Assembly: GCA_964427875.1 (NCBI GenBank)
Contig: CAYRVX010000009.1
Location: forward strand, 27,600 to 91,599
DNA length: 64,000 nt
DNA from: an uncultured Planctomycetaceae bacterium
GTDB taxonomy: Bacteria; Planctomycetota; Phycisphaerae; SM23-33
Direction of reading: 5' to 3'
Shown: positions 8,544 to 19,800 of the stretch, in pieces
How the letters are laid out: the number at the start of each line of letters is the position of its first letter
Position numbering within the stretch: the first letter of the stretch is position 1
Translations under genes and position numbers: made by a program
The notes under the pieces: model-generated
Database searches by the model: none
Told to the model about the DNA's origin: nothing
Seen by the model: only the letters and a program-made list of their open reading frames with translations

Positions 8544-10154
8544 ATGCCCCAAGCACCTCCGGACGAGGCCACCCGCCGCCGGCCCAACATCATTCTCATC
8601 ATGGTCGATGACATGGGGTTTTCGGACATCGGCTGCTACGGCTCGGAGATTCGCACGCCGAACGTCGATCGCCTCGCGCGAGGCGGCGTCGTGTTCTCGC
8701 AGATGTACAACACGGCGCGGTGCTGCCCGACGCGGGCGTCGATCCTCACCGGGCTGTACCCCCACCAGGCGGGCGTCGGCGGGATGACGAAGGACCTGGG
8801 AACGCCGGCCTACCAGGGCTACCTCAACGACTCCTGCATCACCATCGCCGAGGCGCTCAAGGCCGGCGGCTATCAGACGTACATGTCGGGCAAGTGGCAC
8901 TGCGGCGGGCCGTACAACGTCTGTCGGCCGGAAACGTGGGCGCCCGGAGACGCCACGCACCCCACCCCCGTCACACGAGGCTTCGACGAGTACTACGGCA
9001 TGCTCTCCGGGGCCGGCAGCTACTTCGCCCCGCCCACGGTCATCCACAACGACACGTGGGTCAAGCCCGAGGGCGAGGGCTTCTACTTCACCGACGCCAT
9101 CAGCGACAACGCCGCGGCGATGATCGGCCGGGCGCACGGGCGCGGGGAGCCCTTCTTCCTTTACGTGGCCTACACCGCACCCCACTGGCCGCTTCACGCG
9201 CTGCCCGAGGACATCGAGAGGTACCGCGGCAAGTACGCCGGCGGCTGGGACGCCGTCCGAACGGCGCGCCACGAGCGGCTCAAGGGCTCGGGCCTGCTCG
9301 ATCCGAAGTGGCCGATCTCCCGGCGCGACGAGAAGGCCCCGCCGTGGGAGGACGTGGCCGACAAGGACATCGAGGACGCCCGCATGGCCGTCTACGCCGC
9401 CCAGCTCGACCGCATGGACGCCGGCGTCGGGCGAATCCTCGATGAGCTCGACGAGCTCGGCATCGCCGACGACACGATGGTCATGTTCCTCTCCGACAAC
9501 GGCGGGTGCCACGAGTTCCTCGATCCGGCCAGCCGGTGGATGGACCGGCTGAACACCGGCCGGCCCGACGGGCAGCCGATGCGGATGGGCAACATTCCCG
9601 GCCTGCCGCCCGGCCCGGCCGACACGTACCAGAGCTACACCGTCCCCTGGGCCAACGCCTCGAACACGCCGTTCCGCCTGTTCAAGCACTGGGTGCACGA
9701 GGGCGGCATCGCCACGCCGCTGATCGTGCGCTTCCCCGGTGTGGGCCAGCCCGGCGGGATCTCCCACGCCGTCAGCCACGTCATCGACGTCCTGCCCACC
9801 TGCCTCGACGCCGCCGGCGTGGAGTACCCCGAGCAGTACGCCGGCCGGGCGGTCACGCCCGTCGAGGGCCGCAGCATGATGCCCTTCATCCGTGGCGAAG
9901 AGGACCGCGGCGGGCGAATCCTCTTCTGGGAGCACGAGGGCAATCTCGCCGTCCGCGACGGGCGGTGGAAGCTCGTCGCCAAGTGGGACCGCGTCACCGG
10001 CCCGTGGGAGCTCTACGACATGGTCGCCGACCGCACCGAGCTGAACGACCTCGCCGCCGCAAAAGGTGACAAGGTCAAGCAGCTCGCCGCCCTCCACGCC
10101 GAATGGGCCGATAGCATCGCCGCCGTCCCCTGGGAGCAGCTCATCGCGAGGTGA
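8544..10154 (+). CDS. arylsulfatase (formylglycine-dependent sulfatase family)
   Basis: NIILIMVDDMGFSD, CCPTRASILTG (C-x-P-x-R FGly motif), GKWH. 536 aa. No obvious signal peptide. Confidence 0.9.
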   Translation: MPQAPPDEATRRRPNIILIMVDDMGFSDIGCYGSEIRTPNVDRLARGGVVFSQMYNTARCCPTRASILTGLYPHQAGVGGMTKDLGTPAYQGYLNDSCITIAEALKAGGYQTYMSGKWHCGGPYNVCRPETWAPGDATHPTPVTRGFDEYYGMLSGAGSYFAPPTVIHNDTWVKPEGEGFYFTDAISDNAAAMIGRAHGRGEPFFLYVAYTAPHWPLHALPEDIERYRGKYAGGWDAVRTARHERLKGSGLLDPKWPISRRDEKAPPWEDVADKDIEDARMAVYAAQLDRMDAGVGRILDELDELGIADDTMVMFLSDNGGCHEFLDPASRWMDRLNTGRPDGQPMRMGNIPGLPPGPADTYQSYTVPWANASNTPFRLFKHWVHEGGIATPLIVRFPGVGQPGGISHAVSHVIDVLPTCLDAAGVEYPEQYAGRAVTPVEGRSMMPFIRGEEDRGGRILFWEHEGNLAVRDGRWKLVAKWDRVTGPWELYDMVADRTELNDLAAAKGDKVKQLAALHAEWADSIAAVPWEQLIAR

Positions 10155-10180
10155 GATCGCACGGCGACGTGAGGAAGGCC

Positions 10181-10738
10181 ATGCCCTCCAGGACGCACAG
10201 GACGGCCGTCGTGCTCATCCCGCCGGAGGATGTCTGGCAGCCCATCCAGGCGATTCGGCGGGAGCACGACCGGCAGGTGCGGCGGTGGATGCCGCACGTG
10301 ACGCTGCTGTATCCCTTTCGGCCGCACGAGGAGTTCGACGCGGCTGCGGGGGCTCTGGCGGAGGCCTGCCGCAGCGTCGAGCCGTTCGAGGTCTCGCTCG
10401 GGGAGCTCCGCTGGTTCTCTCACGGCCGGCGAGGCTTCACGATGTGGCTTTCGCCCGAACCCGCGGGAGAGCTCGTCGAGCTTCACGAGGCCCTGTGGCT
10501 AACGGCGCCGGACTGCGACCACGTCCGCCGCCACGCGGTGGGCTTTGTGCCGCACCTGAGCGTCGGCCAGGTCCGCGACCGGCGGCGGCTCGACCGGCTG
10601 ATCGCGACACTTCAGGCGGATTGGCGGCCGATCCGCTTTCGCGCGACGGCCGTCAGCCTGATCCGCCGCGAGGATCCCCCCGACGACGTGTTCCGCGTGG
10701 ACCGCTTGCTTCCGCTTGGCGCGCCGCGCGAGGAGTGA
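10181..10738 (+). CDS. 2H-phosphoesterase superfamily protein (LigT / 2'-5' RNA ligase-like)
   Basis: Two H-x-T/S-x motifs (HVTLLY and HLSVGQ) at the spacing typical of the 2H family. RBS gaggaagg upstream of the atg at 10181. Confidence 0.65.
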   Translation: MPSRTHRTAVVLIPPEDVWQPIQAIRREHDRQVRRWMPHVTLLYPFRPHEEFDAAAGALAEACRSVEPFEVSLGELRWFSHGRRGFTMWLSPEPAGELVELHEALWLTAPDCDHVRRHAVGFVPHLSVGQVRDRRRLDRLIATLQADWRPIRFRATAVSLIRREDPPDDVFRVDRLLPLGAPREE

Positions 10739-10772
10739 TACGCTGCGCGCGGTGCCAAGGAGCCCCGTCGCC

Positions 10773-11564
10773 ATGATTATCGACGCGGACTGTCACATCT
10801 CGCCCACGCCCGAGGGGCGTATCAGCATCGGCTGCGACGAGCTGCTGCGGCGCATGGACCGCGCCGGCGTGGACAAGGCCGTCGCCTGGCTCCAGCCGCC
10901 GTACCTGCGCGACGTAGCGCCGGGCAACGCCTACGTGCATGAGGCGATGAGGGCCCACCCGGACCGCATTCTGGGCTTCGGCTGGGCCGACCCGAACCTC
11001 GGCGTCGAAGCCGCCCGGGACGAGGCCCGCAGATGCGTCGAGGAGTACGGCCTGTACGGCGTGAAGCTCAACGGCGCGCAGAACAGCTTCTACATCGACT
11101 CGCAGGAGCTTTCGATGCCCGTGATCGAGGCGATCGCCGCAACGGGGAAGCTGCTGGCGTTCCACATCGGCGCCGACGCATGCGAGCACACGCACCCGTT
11201 CCGGCTGGGCAGGATCGCCCGGCGGTTCGGCGAGGTTCAGATCCTGGCCGTCCACATGGGCGGCGTGGCCGTGCCCGACCTGTGCGACGCGATGATCGAG
11301 ACCGCCGCCGAGTGCCCGAACATCCACCTCATCGGCAGCAACGTTCGCGCCCCGGCGATCCTGAAGGCCGTCAAGACCCTCGGGGCCGGGCGCGTGAGCT
11401 TCGGCAGCGACACGCCGTTCGCCTTCATGAACGTCGAGCGAGTCAAGTACGAGGCCCTGCTCGACGGCGAGGTGACCGACGAGGACAAGCGCCTCATCAT
11501 GGGCGGCAACATTGCGCGGCTGTTCGGTCTTGCCGGGGCCCTTGACAGCGGGGAAACACAATGA
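10773..11564 (+). CDS. amidohydrolase-2 family metal-dependent hydrolase
   Basis: MIIDADCHIS ... HMGG ... SDTPF (TIM-barrel amidohydrolase_2 signature). RBS aaggag 10 nt upstream. Confidence 0.75.
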   Translation: MIIDADCHISPTPEGRISIGCDELLRRMDRAGVDKAVAWLQPPYLRDVAPGNAYVHEAMRAHPDRILGFGWADPNLGVEAARDEARRCVEEYGLYGVKLNGAQNSFYIDSQELSMPVIEAIAATGKLLAFHIGADACEHTHPFRLGRIARRFGEVQILAVHMGGVAVPDLCDAMIETAAECPNIHLIGSNVRAPAILKAVKTLGAGRVSFGSDTPFAFMNVERVKYEALLDGEVTDEDKRLIMGGNIARLFGLAGALDSGETQ

Positions 11565-12658
11565 CGCGCTACGAAGGACTGCAAAGCCGGCAGGAGCCCG
11601 ATTGGCAGGGACTGATCGACAACATCCTCCGCAAGGGCACGCCGGGCCGCGCTTATCACATCGAGCTGTTCCACGACGTGGAGGTCCGCGACGCGATCGC
11701 CGAGCGGTTCGGGCTCCCCGAAGGCGTCGCGAAGGGCCACCCGGACTACGAGCGATGGAAGCTGATCGCCGTGAACCGCCTCTGCGGGTTCGACTACGTT
11801 CGCATCGGCGTGGTGGGGATGGACTTCCACCTGCACCAGGACGCCGCGCCGGACACCGCCGGCCTGCCCCGCGCCGGCGGGCGGAGCTACCAGGACGAGC
11901 ACACCGGCCCGATCATGACCTGGGAGGACTTCGAGAGCTTTCCCTGGCCGGATGCCCGCGCCCCGCACGCCATCAGCGAACTGGAGTGGTTCCAGGAGAA
12001 CCTCCCCGACGACATGTGCATCATCGGCTCGGGGGGCTTCGCGCACTTCGCCGAGTTCCTGACCTGGCTGATGGGGTACGAGACGCTCTGTTACGGGCTC
12101 TACGACAACCGCGAGCTGGTGGCCGCCATCACCCGAAAGCTCACCGAGCACTTCGAGGCCATCGTGGAGCAGATGCTCCAGTTCGACCGCGTGAAGGTCA
12201 TCTGGGGCAGCGACGACATGGGCTTCAAGACCGCCCTGCTGATCTCGCGGGACGACACGAGGGAGTTCATCCTGCCCGGCCACAAGCTGATGGCGGAGAT
12301 GTCGCACGAGGCCGGGCGACCGTACCTGCTGCATTCCTGCGGCAATCTCAACGAGATCATGGACGACCTCATCGACGACGTGAAGATCGACGCCAAGCAC
12401 AGCTTCGAGGACACGATCGAGGACGTGCGCGACCTGAAGGGCACGTACGGCCGGCGGATCGCGCTTCTGGGCGGGATCGACGTGGACTTCCTCTGCCGCG
12501 CCGACGAGCAGGCCGTCCGCCGGCGGGTCCGGGAGACGCTCGACGTCTGCATGCCCGGCGGGGGCTACTGCCTCGGCACCGGCAACAGCGTGGCCAACTA
12601 CATCCCGCTGGAGAACTACCTGGCGATGGTTGATGAAGGTATGCTGTACGGGGCGTAG
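11561..12658 (+). CDS. uroporphyrinogen decarboxylase (URO-D)-family protein (MtaA/CmuA-like)
   Basis: URO-D family C-terminal pattern (HSCGN...ID...CMPGGGYCLGTGNSV). Start overlaps the upstream stop (atgA), suggesting translational coupling. Confidence 0.7.
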   Translation: MTRYEGLQSRQEPDWQGLIDNILRKGTPGRAYHIELFHDVEVRDAIAERFGLPEGVAKGHPDYERWKLIAVNRLCGFDYVRIGVVGMDFHLHQDAAPDTAGLPRAGGRSYQDEHTGPIMTWEDFESFPWPDARAPHAISELEWFQENLPDDMCIIGSGGFAHFAEFLTWLMGYETLCYGLYDNRELVAAITRKLTEHFEAIVEQMLQFDRVKVIWGSDDMGFKTALLISRDDTREFILPGHKLMAEMSHEAGRPYLLHSCGNLNEIMDDLIDDVKIDAKHSFEDTIEDVRDLKGTYGRRIALLGGIDVDFLCRADEQAVRRRVRETLDVCMPGGGYCLGTGNSVANYIPLENYLAMVDEGMLYGA

Positions 12659-12666
12659 GCACGACC

Positions 12667-13320
12667 ATGGAACAGAGCGCCGCACATACCAGGACGCACT
12701 GGGCCCTGCTCATCAGCGGTGCGGGTGTGCTTGTCTGGTCGGGCATCTCGCCGGCGGACCGGTTCACGTGGCTGCTGGAAGTGGCCCCCGCCGTCGCCGG
12801 CGCGGCGATCCTGCTGGGCACACGCCGCAAGTTCCGCTTTTCGACGCTGGCCTACGTGCTGGTCTGGATCCACGCGATCATCCTGATGGTGGGCGGGCAT
12901 TGGACATACGCGCAGATGCCCCTGTTCAACTGGCTTCGTGACGCGTTCGACCTGGCGCGGAACTACTACGACCGGGTGGGTCACCTGGCCCAGGGGTTCA
13001 TCCCGGCGATCCTGGCGCGGGAGATCCTGCTGCGAACGTCTCCGCTGCGGCGCGGCAAGTGGCTGTTCGCAATCGTCTTGAGTTTCTGCCTGGCCATGAG
13101 CGCGGCGTACGAGCTGCTGGAATGGTGGGCTGCGGTCGCCGTCGGCGAGTCGGCCGATCAGTTCCTCGCCCTCCAGGGCGACGAGTGGGACAGCCAATGG
13201 GACATGCTCCTGGCGCTGCTGGGCGCCGTGGCCGCCCAGCTCCTGCTGGGCCGGGCGCACGACCGGTCGATAGCGAAGGTCGCCGCCGGTCCCCCCGATG
13301 ACGACTCGAAGGCGGTGTGA
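12667..13320 (+). CDS. integral membrane protein (DUF2238/YjdF-like)
   Basis: Several hydrophobic helices. 217 aa. Family assignment is from memory of general features only. Confidence 0.45.
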   Translation: MEQSAAHTRTHWALLISGAGVLVWSGISPADRFTWLLEVAPAVAGAAILLGTRRKFRFSTLAYVLVWIHAIILMVGGHWTYAQMPLFNWLRDAFDLARNYYDRVGHLAQGFIPAILAREILLRTSPLRRGKWLFAIVLSFCLAMSAAYELLEWWAAVAVGESADQFLALQGDEWDSQWDMLLALLGAVAAQLLLGRAHDRSIAKVAAGPPDDDSKAV

Positions 13321-13350
13321 CCTGCCCCCGGCGGCGGCACGCGGAGTTCG

Positions 13351-14694
13351 ATGATGCCTCGAAAGTGTGCCATCACAATTCGGTCACTCTTCTCCTGGCT
13401 CGTCTGCGTGCTTCTGTCGGCCGCAGCTTCCTGCGCCGACGATCCCTCGCCGCAGCAGGCCGCCGGAAGCTCCGTGGATGCCTCCACGCTGACGGGCAAG
13501 GTCATGTGTGGCTATCAGGGCTGGTTCGCCGCCGACGGAGACGGCTCGGGACGCGGGTGGGTCCACTACTCGCTCGGGGGCCGGTTCCGGCCGGGCCGGT
13601 GCTCGATCGACTTCTGGCCGGACGTCAGCGATCTCGACGACGACGAGAAGTACCCCACCGCCTTCCGCCACCGCGACGGCAGCGTGGCGCACGTGTTCAG
13701 CTCGATGAACCGCAAGACGGTCCTGCGGCACTTCCGGTGGATGAGGCGGTACGGCATCGACGGCGTCTTCGTGCAGCGCTTCGCCGGGGCGACCTTCCGC
13801 GCGACGTCGCGGAACCACTGCGATACCGTCCTGAGGCACTGCCGAGAGGGCGCCAACGCCAGCGGCCGGGCCTACGCCGTCATGTACGACCTCTCGGGCC
13901 TGCGAGCCGGACAGATGGACCGCGTCATCGGCGACTGGAAGAGGCTCGTCGACAAGATGGGAATCACCCGAAGCAGGTCCGACCGGGCGTACCTGCATCA
14001 CAAGTCCCGGCCGGTGGTGGCCGTCTGGGGCGTCGGCTTCAACGACGGGCGGAAGTACACCCTCGCCGAGTGCGCCCGCCTGGTGGACTTCCTGGCCCGA
14101 GACGCCCGATACGGCCGCTGCACGGTGATGCTCGGCGTGCCGACGGGGTGGCGGACGTTCGACCGGGACAGCGTGAAGGACCCGGCCCTGCACGAGGTGA
14201 TCGCCAAGGCACACATCGTCAGCCCGTGGACGATCGGGCGGTACCACACGATCGCCCTGGCCGCCCGTCACGGCCGCGTGCGCCTCGAGCCCGACATCGC
14301 CTGGTGCAAGGCCCGCGGCAAGGAGTATCTGCCCGTCGTCTTCCCCGGGTTCAGTTGGCACAACATGCGCCCGAGATCCCCGCTGGATCAGATCCCGCGC
14401 CTTGGCGGGCGGTTCCTCTGGAAGCAGTTCGTCGAGGCGAAGCGGGCCGGGGCGACGATGATCTACCAGGCCATGTTCGACGAGATCGACGAGGGCACGG
14501 CCGTCTTCAAGTGCACGAACGACCCGCCGGTCGGCGCCAGCCGGTTCGTCACCTACGAGGGGCTGCCCACGGATCATTACCTCTGGCTGGTCGGCATGGG
14601 CGGGCGGCTGCTCCGCGGACAGATCGAAATGACGGAGAAGATGCCTGCTCGCCGAGCGGCGGGCGGAAAGGAGCTCGACCGCGATGATCGTTGA
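13351..14694 (+). CDS. secreted glycoside-hydrolase-like TIM-barrel protein (family uncertain)
   Basis: Signal peptide, then KVMCGYQGWF...GWVHYS and other aromatic-rich motifs typical of GH catalytic cores. Cannot be assigned to a CAZy family without a search. Confidence 0.45.
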   Translation: MMPRKCAITIRSLFSWLVCVLLSAAASCADDPSPQQAAGSSVDASTLTGKVMCGYQGWFAADGDGSGRGWVHYSLGGRFRPGRCSIDFWPDVSDLDDDEKYPTAFRHRDGSVAHVFSSMNRKTVLRHFRWMRRYGIDGVFVQRFAGATFRATSRNHCDTVLRHCREGANASGRAYAVMYDLSGLRAGQMDRVIGDWKRLVDKMGITRSRSDRAYLHHKSRPVVAVWGVGFNDGRKYTLAECARLVDFLARDARYGRCTVMLGVPTGWRTFDRDSVKDPALHEVIAKAHIVSPWTIGRYHTIALAARHGRVRLEPDIAWCKARGKEYLPVVFPGFSWHNMRPRSPLDQIPRLGGRFLWKQFVEAKRAGATMIYQAMFDEIDEGTAVFKCTNDPPVGASRFVTYEGLPTDHYLWLVGMGGRLLRGQIEMTEKMPARRAAGGKELDRDDR

Positions 14695-15427
14695 CAGCCA
14701 CCAACATCCGCACGGTTCGGTTGACCGGGTCATGGAGGAGTTCGGCATGGACGTGTCCGTGCTCCTGCCGGTCGGCAGCGATGCTGTCCGAAGAGCGCGG
14801 CAGATGGCCGAGGACGCGCCGGGCAAGTACGTGCCCTTCTTCTGGATCGACGTCGACAACATCGAACCCAGCATCGCCGAGCTGCAAACCGCCGTCGAGG
14901 AGTGGGGCTGCAAGGGAGTGAAGTTCCAGTTGCTCCTGCAACACCTCTACGCCGGCGATCGCCGCCTCTATCCCGTGTACGAAAAGTGTTCCGAACTCGG
15001 GCTCGTGGTGACCTTTCATATCGGGGCGGTGGCGTTTCCGAAGGAGTTCGGGATACCGCACATCACCAAGTATGCCCACCCGATGCCGATCGACGAGGTG
15101 GCGTTCGACTTCCCCGAGATGCGGATCATCCTCGCGCACATGGGGGGCAACTGGCACTACGAGGCGCTGATCATCGCGGAGAAGCACGAGAACGTGTTCA
15201 TGGACACCGCCTACCTGCCGTTCTTCTGCAAGCGGATGCTGCCGGACGTCACGCCGGCGCAGATCATCGAACGCGCGGTGGAGATCATCGGGCCCGAGCG
15301 AATCCTGTACGCATACGAAGGCCTCCCGCCGTCGGCGATCGGGGAACTGGGCATTCCCGAGGAGTCGAAGGAGCAGATCCTGGGGCTCAACGCCGCCAGG
15401 CTGTTCGGGCTGCGCCTGCCCGGCTGA
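14684..15427 (+). CDS. amidohydrolase-2 family metal-dependent hydrolase
   Basis: MIVDSHQH ... HIG ... AHMGG ... paralog-like to 10773-11564. Confidence 0.75.
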   Translation: MIVDSHQHPHGSVDRVMEEFGMDVSVLLPVGSDAVRRARQMAEDAPGKYVPFFWIDVDNIEPSIAELQTAVEEWGCKGVKFQLLLQHLYAGDRRLYPVYEKCSELGLVVTFHIGAVAFPKEFGIPHITKYAHPMPIDEVAFDFPEMRIILAHMGGNWHYEALIIAEKHENVFMDTAYLPFFCKRMLPDVTPAQIIERAVEIIGPERILYAYEGLPPSAIGELGIPEESKEQILGLNAARLFGLRLPG

Positions 15428-15442
15428 TGCGAACCGGCGTCT

Positions 15443-16672
15443 CTACGACGGGCCCAGTTGTACGACGCGGCCTTCCTCCATGCTCCGCTGGGCGGCCAGG
15501 CCCAGCATCACCGCGCGCCGGCCGTCCTCCCAGCCGGCGACGGGCTCGCCGCCGGCGGCGCACGACCGCACGAAGCCGGCCAGGGCCCGATCGTCGGCCC
15601 CGCCGTGCCCGCCGCGGGCCAGCGGCGCGACGTCGTAGGCGCGCGGCGCCCTGGCCGCACGGTAGCTGACGTGGATCGTCTGCGTCAGCGGGTCGGCGCG
15701 AAGGGCGCCGCGGGACCCCAGGGCCATCAGCCACCGCCCGCTGACCTGGGGAGTGGTCACGCAGTTCATGGTGTACGTGGCACAGGCCCCGCCGGCGAAC
15801 TGGACCGTCGCGGCGCCATATTCGAGGGTCTCGATGTCCCCGCGATACAGGCAGGCGTCGTGGGGCAGGTAGCCCTCGGCCGCCCCGAGCCGCTGCCATT
15901 CGTGCCAGAAACGCACCTGCTCGTCGCTGTCCGGATCGCCGACGATCAGCCCCCTGGGGCCCTGGTAGTCGTCGCACTCCCATCGCAGGTCGCACTGGCA
16001 GCAGCGCTCGGCCGCGCCGGGCTTGGGCTGGAAGACCTTGCGGCTCCCCACGGCGTAGACGCTCGCCGGCTCGTCCGCCGTCAGCCAGCACATCATGTCG
16101 AAGTCGTGAACGCTCTTGGTCACCCACAGTCCCCCGCCGACGCCCATCAGCCGGTTCCACCGCCTGAAGTACGTCCGCCCGCCGTAGTAGTACTCGTTCA
16201 TCTCGAGCGTGAGGACCTCGCCGATCTCGCCGGCGGCGATGATCTCGTGGATCGTGTTGTACATCGGCCCCATGCGCATGTTGTGGCCCATGTAGAAGAC
16301 CGCCTTCGACGCCTTCGCCGCGGCGATCATGCGGTCGCAGGCGTCCAGCGTGGTGGCCATGGGCTTCTCGCAGTAGACGTGCACGTCCCGCTCCAGCGCG
16401 GCGATGGCGGGCCCCTCGTGGAAGACGTCCGGCGTGTAGACGGCCAGGGCGTCGGGCCGGGTCTCGTCCAGGCATGCGGCCGTGTCGTCGAAGCACGGCG
16501 CCGACAGCCCGTAACGGTCGCGTGTCAGTTCCGCCCGCGCCTTGATCCTGTCCACCAGCGAGACGACCTCGATGCCGAAATCCCCGGCCAGTATGCTTCC
16601 GGTCATCGACACGCCGCGAAGGCCCATGCCGGCGACCGCCAGGCGAAGTCTGTCATTCCCGTTGTCAGACAT
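15443..16672 (-). CDS. Gfo/Idh/MocA-family oxidoreductase
   Basis: Start MSDNGNDRLRLAVAGMGLRG (Rossmann GxGxxG) then EKP motif (VYCEKPMA). The ORF track extends upstream to 16969, but that extension is Arg-rich junk. Confidence 0.85.
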   Translation of the reverse strand: MSDNGNDRLRLAVAGMGLRGVSMTGSILAGDFGIEVVSLVDRIKARAELTRDRYGLSAPCFDDTAACLDETRPDALAVYTPDVFHEGPAIAALERDVHVYCEKPMATTLDACDRMIAAAKASKAVFYMGHNMRMGPMYNTIHEIIAAGEIGEVLTLEMNEYYYGGRTYFRRWNRLMGVGGGLWVTKSVHDFDMMCWLTADEPASVYAVGSRKVFQPKPGAAERCCQCDLRWECDDYQGPRGLIVGDPDSDEQVRFWHEWQRLGAAEGYLPHDACLYRGDIETLEYGAATVQFAGGACATYTMNCVTTPQVSGRWLMALGSRGALRADPLTQTIHVSYRAARAPRAYDVAPLARGGHGGADDRALAGFVRSCAAGGEPVAGWEDGRRAVMLGLAAQRSMEEGRVVQLGPS

Positions 16673-16863
16673 TCCGAACGCTCCTGATGCTCCCCGTCCG
16701 GTCCGTGATTTGTAAGGCGAAACGGCGCTCGATTCCACCGTAAACCGGCGGGAGCGCCGCCGGTCACACCTCGCTCGACTTGACCGCCCGAACGCGGCGC
16801 CATAGATTCGTGGCGCTGCTGGACGCGGCAGATCAAGCCAAACTGCCGCCAGGAGAGCGCCCC

Positions 16864-19800
16864 ATGAAACCGCCGTCATACCTCGTCCTGCCGCTCGTGC
16901 TTCTGATCGCCGCCGTGCCGGCCCGGCCGCAGGACGCCGCCGAGCTGGAGCTCGACCACGCGATGTCAACGCAGTTCCAGACCCCGCACGTCAAGTGGGG
17001 CCCGCCGCCCGGCCGCGAGGGCCTGCGGATGATACTCTTCTGCAACGGGCGCGGGACGATCCCCCGCGAGGGCGTCGAGCTGAAGCAGCGGTTCGGCTTC
17101 GACGTCGACGCCGTCTTCTGGGCCCGGATCGTGGACTCGACGAAGCAGGGCTGGCACGGCGGCGAGCTGGGCACAAAACGCATGCTCCGCCTCGTGGAGA
17201 AGCCCCACGACTGCTACGTCTTCTTCGAGGTCACCCCCGAGAAGCTCGGCGGCGAGATGCAGTACAAGCTGCTGAAGCGCATCACCGAAGGCTCCGGGCT
17301 CGTCCTGGTCGGGCGAAGCGACCAGCGGATCCTCAAGCCGAAGAACCGCCTCGAAAAGCTGCCCGCCTTCCTCGCCCGCACCGGCGCGAAGGCGGCGTTC
17401 CGCGTCGGCAAGGGCCGCGGCCTCATCCTGCCCAAGCGGCCGAACATCCCCTACGACCTCGGCTGGCAGAGCGATTACGAGGCCTGGCAGGAGCGCCTCG
17501 GGCGCGCGGTCCTCTGGGCGGCCGGCTGGCAGCCCGACGCCAGCCTGCCCGAGGCCGCCGTGGACAGGCCCGCCATCGACCGGGCGGGGCTTCCGGGCGA
17601 GCTGATCACGGTCAGCTGGCGCAGCCCCGCGGCCCGGCCGCTGACGATCGACCTGACGCTGCGGCGGCGCGACGGCGTGAGCCTCTCCCTGCCGGCTGAG
17701 AAAACGCAGGCGCGGGAAGGCAGCCTGCGGCGATCCGTGCCGCGGCTTCGCGCCGGGCGCTATCACCTGGATGTCTTCGTCCGCAGCAAGCGCGGCAAGG
17801 AGAGCTGGGCGACGGTGCCGCTGGAGATCACCTCGGCCCGGCGCGTCGAGGCCGTTCAGCTCCAGCGCGACTCTGGCGAGGTCGGCGAGCGCGTTGGCGG
17901 CACCGTGTCTCTCGCCGGCCCGGCGAACGCGAAGCAGAGTGTGGAAGTGCGCCTTCGCGACCGCCGCGAGCGCGTCCTCGACCGCGCCCGCCTGCCGGCG
18001 AAGGAGAACGTGCGGTTCGACTTCCCCGTGCGATCGTGGATGCCGATGCTCCTGCGCGTCGAGGCCGCGATCCTCGAGCCCGACGGCGCCGAGATCGCCG
18101 CCGCCCACGCCTGGTTCCACGTGGTGAAGCGCCACCGAGACCGGTTCAACTTCCTGATCTGGGACACGCCCCGCGGGGCGGCGGCACCGTACGCCGAGGA
18201 AAGCCTCGCCCGTCTGGGCGCGACGCTCCAGCTCGGCGGCGGCAGCCCCGCGCGAATGCTCGCCGCCTACGACGTCGCCTGGGTGCCCTACACCACGCGC
18301 ATCCTCGAGAGCTTCGATTCGGGGGGGATCATGAAGCCCTCCTGCTGGAACGACGAGGCGAAGGTGCTCCCGCGGATCGCCGCCCTGGCCGAGAAGTACC
18401 GTCCCGCCCGCCGGCACGGCGTGTTCGCCTACTCCCTGGGCGATGAGAACCACGTCCGCGGCTCGTGCCTCAGCCGCCACTGCCTGGCCGCCTACCGCAA
18501 GTACCTCGCCGGCGTCTACCGCACGATCGACGCATTGAACGCATCGTGGGGCAGCGCCTACCGAGGCTTCGGCGAGGTGCGCCTGCTCGATCCCAACGAC
18601 AATCTCGCCGCCGAGGCCAGGCGCCGCAGGAACTACCCCCGCTGGTACGACCGCGAGGCGTTCCGGTCGTGGAACTACGTTCAGTACTGCAAGAAGTACG
18701 CGGCCGCGTACCGCAAGATCGATCCCAACGCCCTGACCGGCTTCGAGGGGGCCGGCCGGTTCGAGCGCGGCGACGACATCGATCTGTTCGTCCGTGAGCT
18801 GGGCTTCTGGTCGCCGTATCCGGGCACGGCCGACGAGGTGCTCCGGTCCATCGCGCCGAAGGGCTTTCCCCGCGCGAACTGGATGGGCTACCGCAAGGAC
18901 GCCGATTCGCTGATCGGGAAGTACTGGCGGATGGTCACGCGGGGCTGCCCGAGCGTCTGGTGGTGGCGGTGGGACTGCATCGGGCGCTTCCACGGCTTCC
19001 TGGCCCCGCACCTGGGCCCCTGGCCGGCCACACGCGAGCTCGTCAACGAAACGAAGATCGTCCGCGACGGGCTCGGCGACCTGCTGATGCGCTGCGAGAT
19101 GCTCGACGGCGGCGTGGCCATGCTGTTCAGCCACCCCTCCACGTACGCCAACCGCATCGAGAGCGGCGCTACCTATGGCGGCTACGAGAACAACCACCGC
19201 GCCTGGCACCGCGCGATCCGCGGGCTGGGGCTGAACTTCCGCTACGTCACCGACCGCCAGCTCCGCCGCGGCGAGTTCGACGCGAAGCGATACAAGGTCC
19301 TCATCCTCTCGCAGGCCGAGGCCATCGGCCCAAAGGAGGCCGAGGTCATTGAGGCCTTCGTTCGCGGCGGAGGGCACGTCATCGCCGACGTTCGCCCTGG
19401 CATCTACGACGGCCGCTGCAAGCCGCTGGCGGCCGGCTGCCTGGATGGGCTCTTCGGCATTCGCCGCACCGCGCGGGCAGCCGCGAAGAAAGGCAAAGGG
19501 ACGATCCGCTTTAGAGACCTGCGGCTGGGCCTGGACGAGGCCCTCTGTGACGGCGGCGTTCAGCTCGCGGCGGGCGAGGCGAACGGCCGCTGCGGGGATG
19601 TCCCGCTGATGATCGTCAACAAGTCGGGGAGGGGCCGGGTGAGGCTCTTGAACTTCAGCATGACCTCCTATCCGCGGCTCGAGGACGCCGCGACGCCGGA
19701 GATGGCCGCGGTGATCCTGTCGCGGGTGTTCCGCGAGGCGGGCGTGCGGCCGTTGGCCCGCGTGCTGGCCGGCAACACGCCCGTGCGGAACCTCGAGATC

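Noticed and set aside
16603-16969. N-terminal 100-codon extension of the Gfo/Idh/MocA ORF 15443-16969
   Set aside because: The extension is R/A-rich with no signal-like or domain features. The start was set at the conserved MSDNG...GMG Rossmann start (16672).
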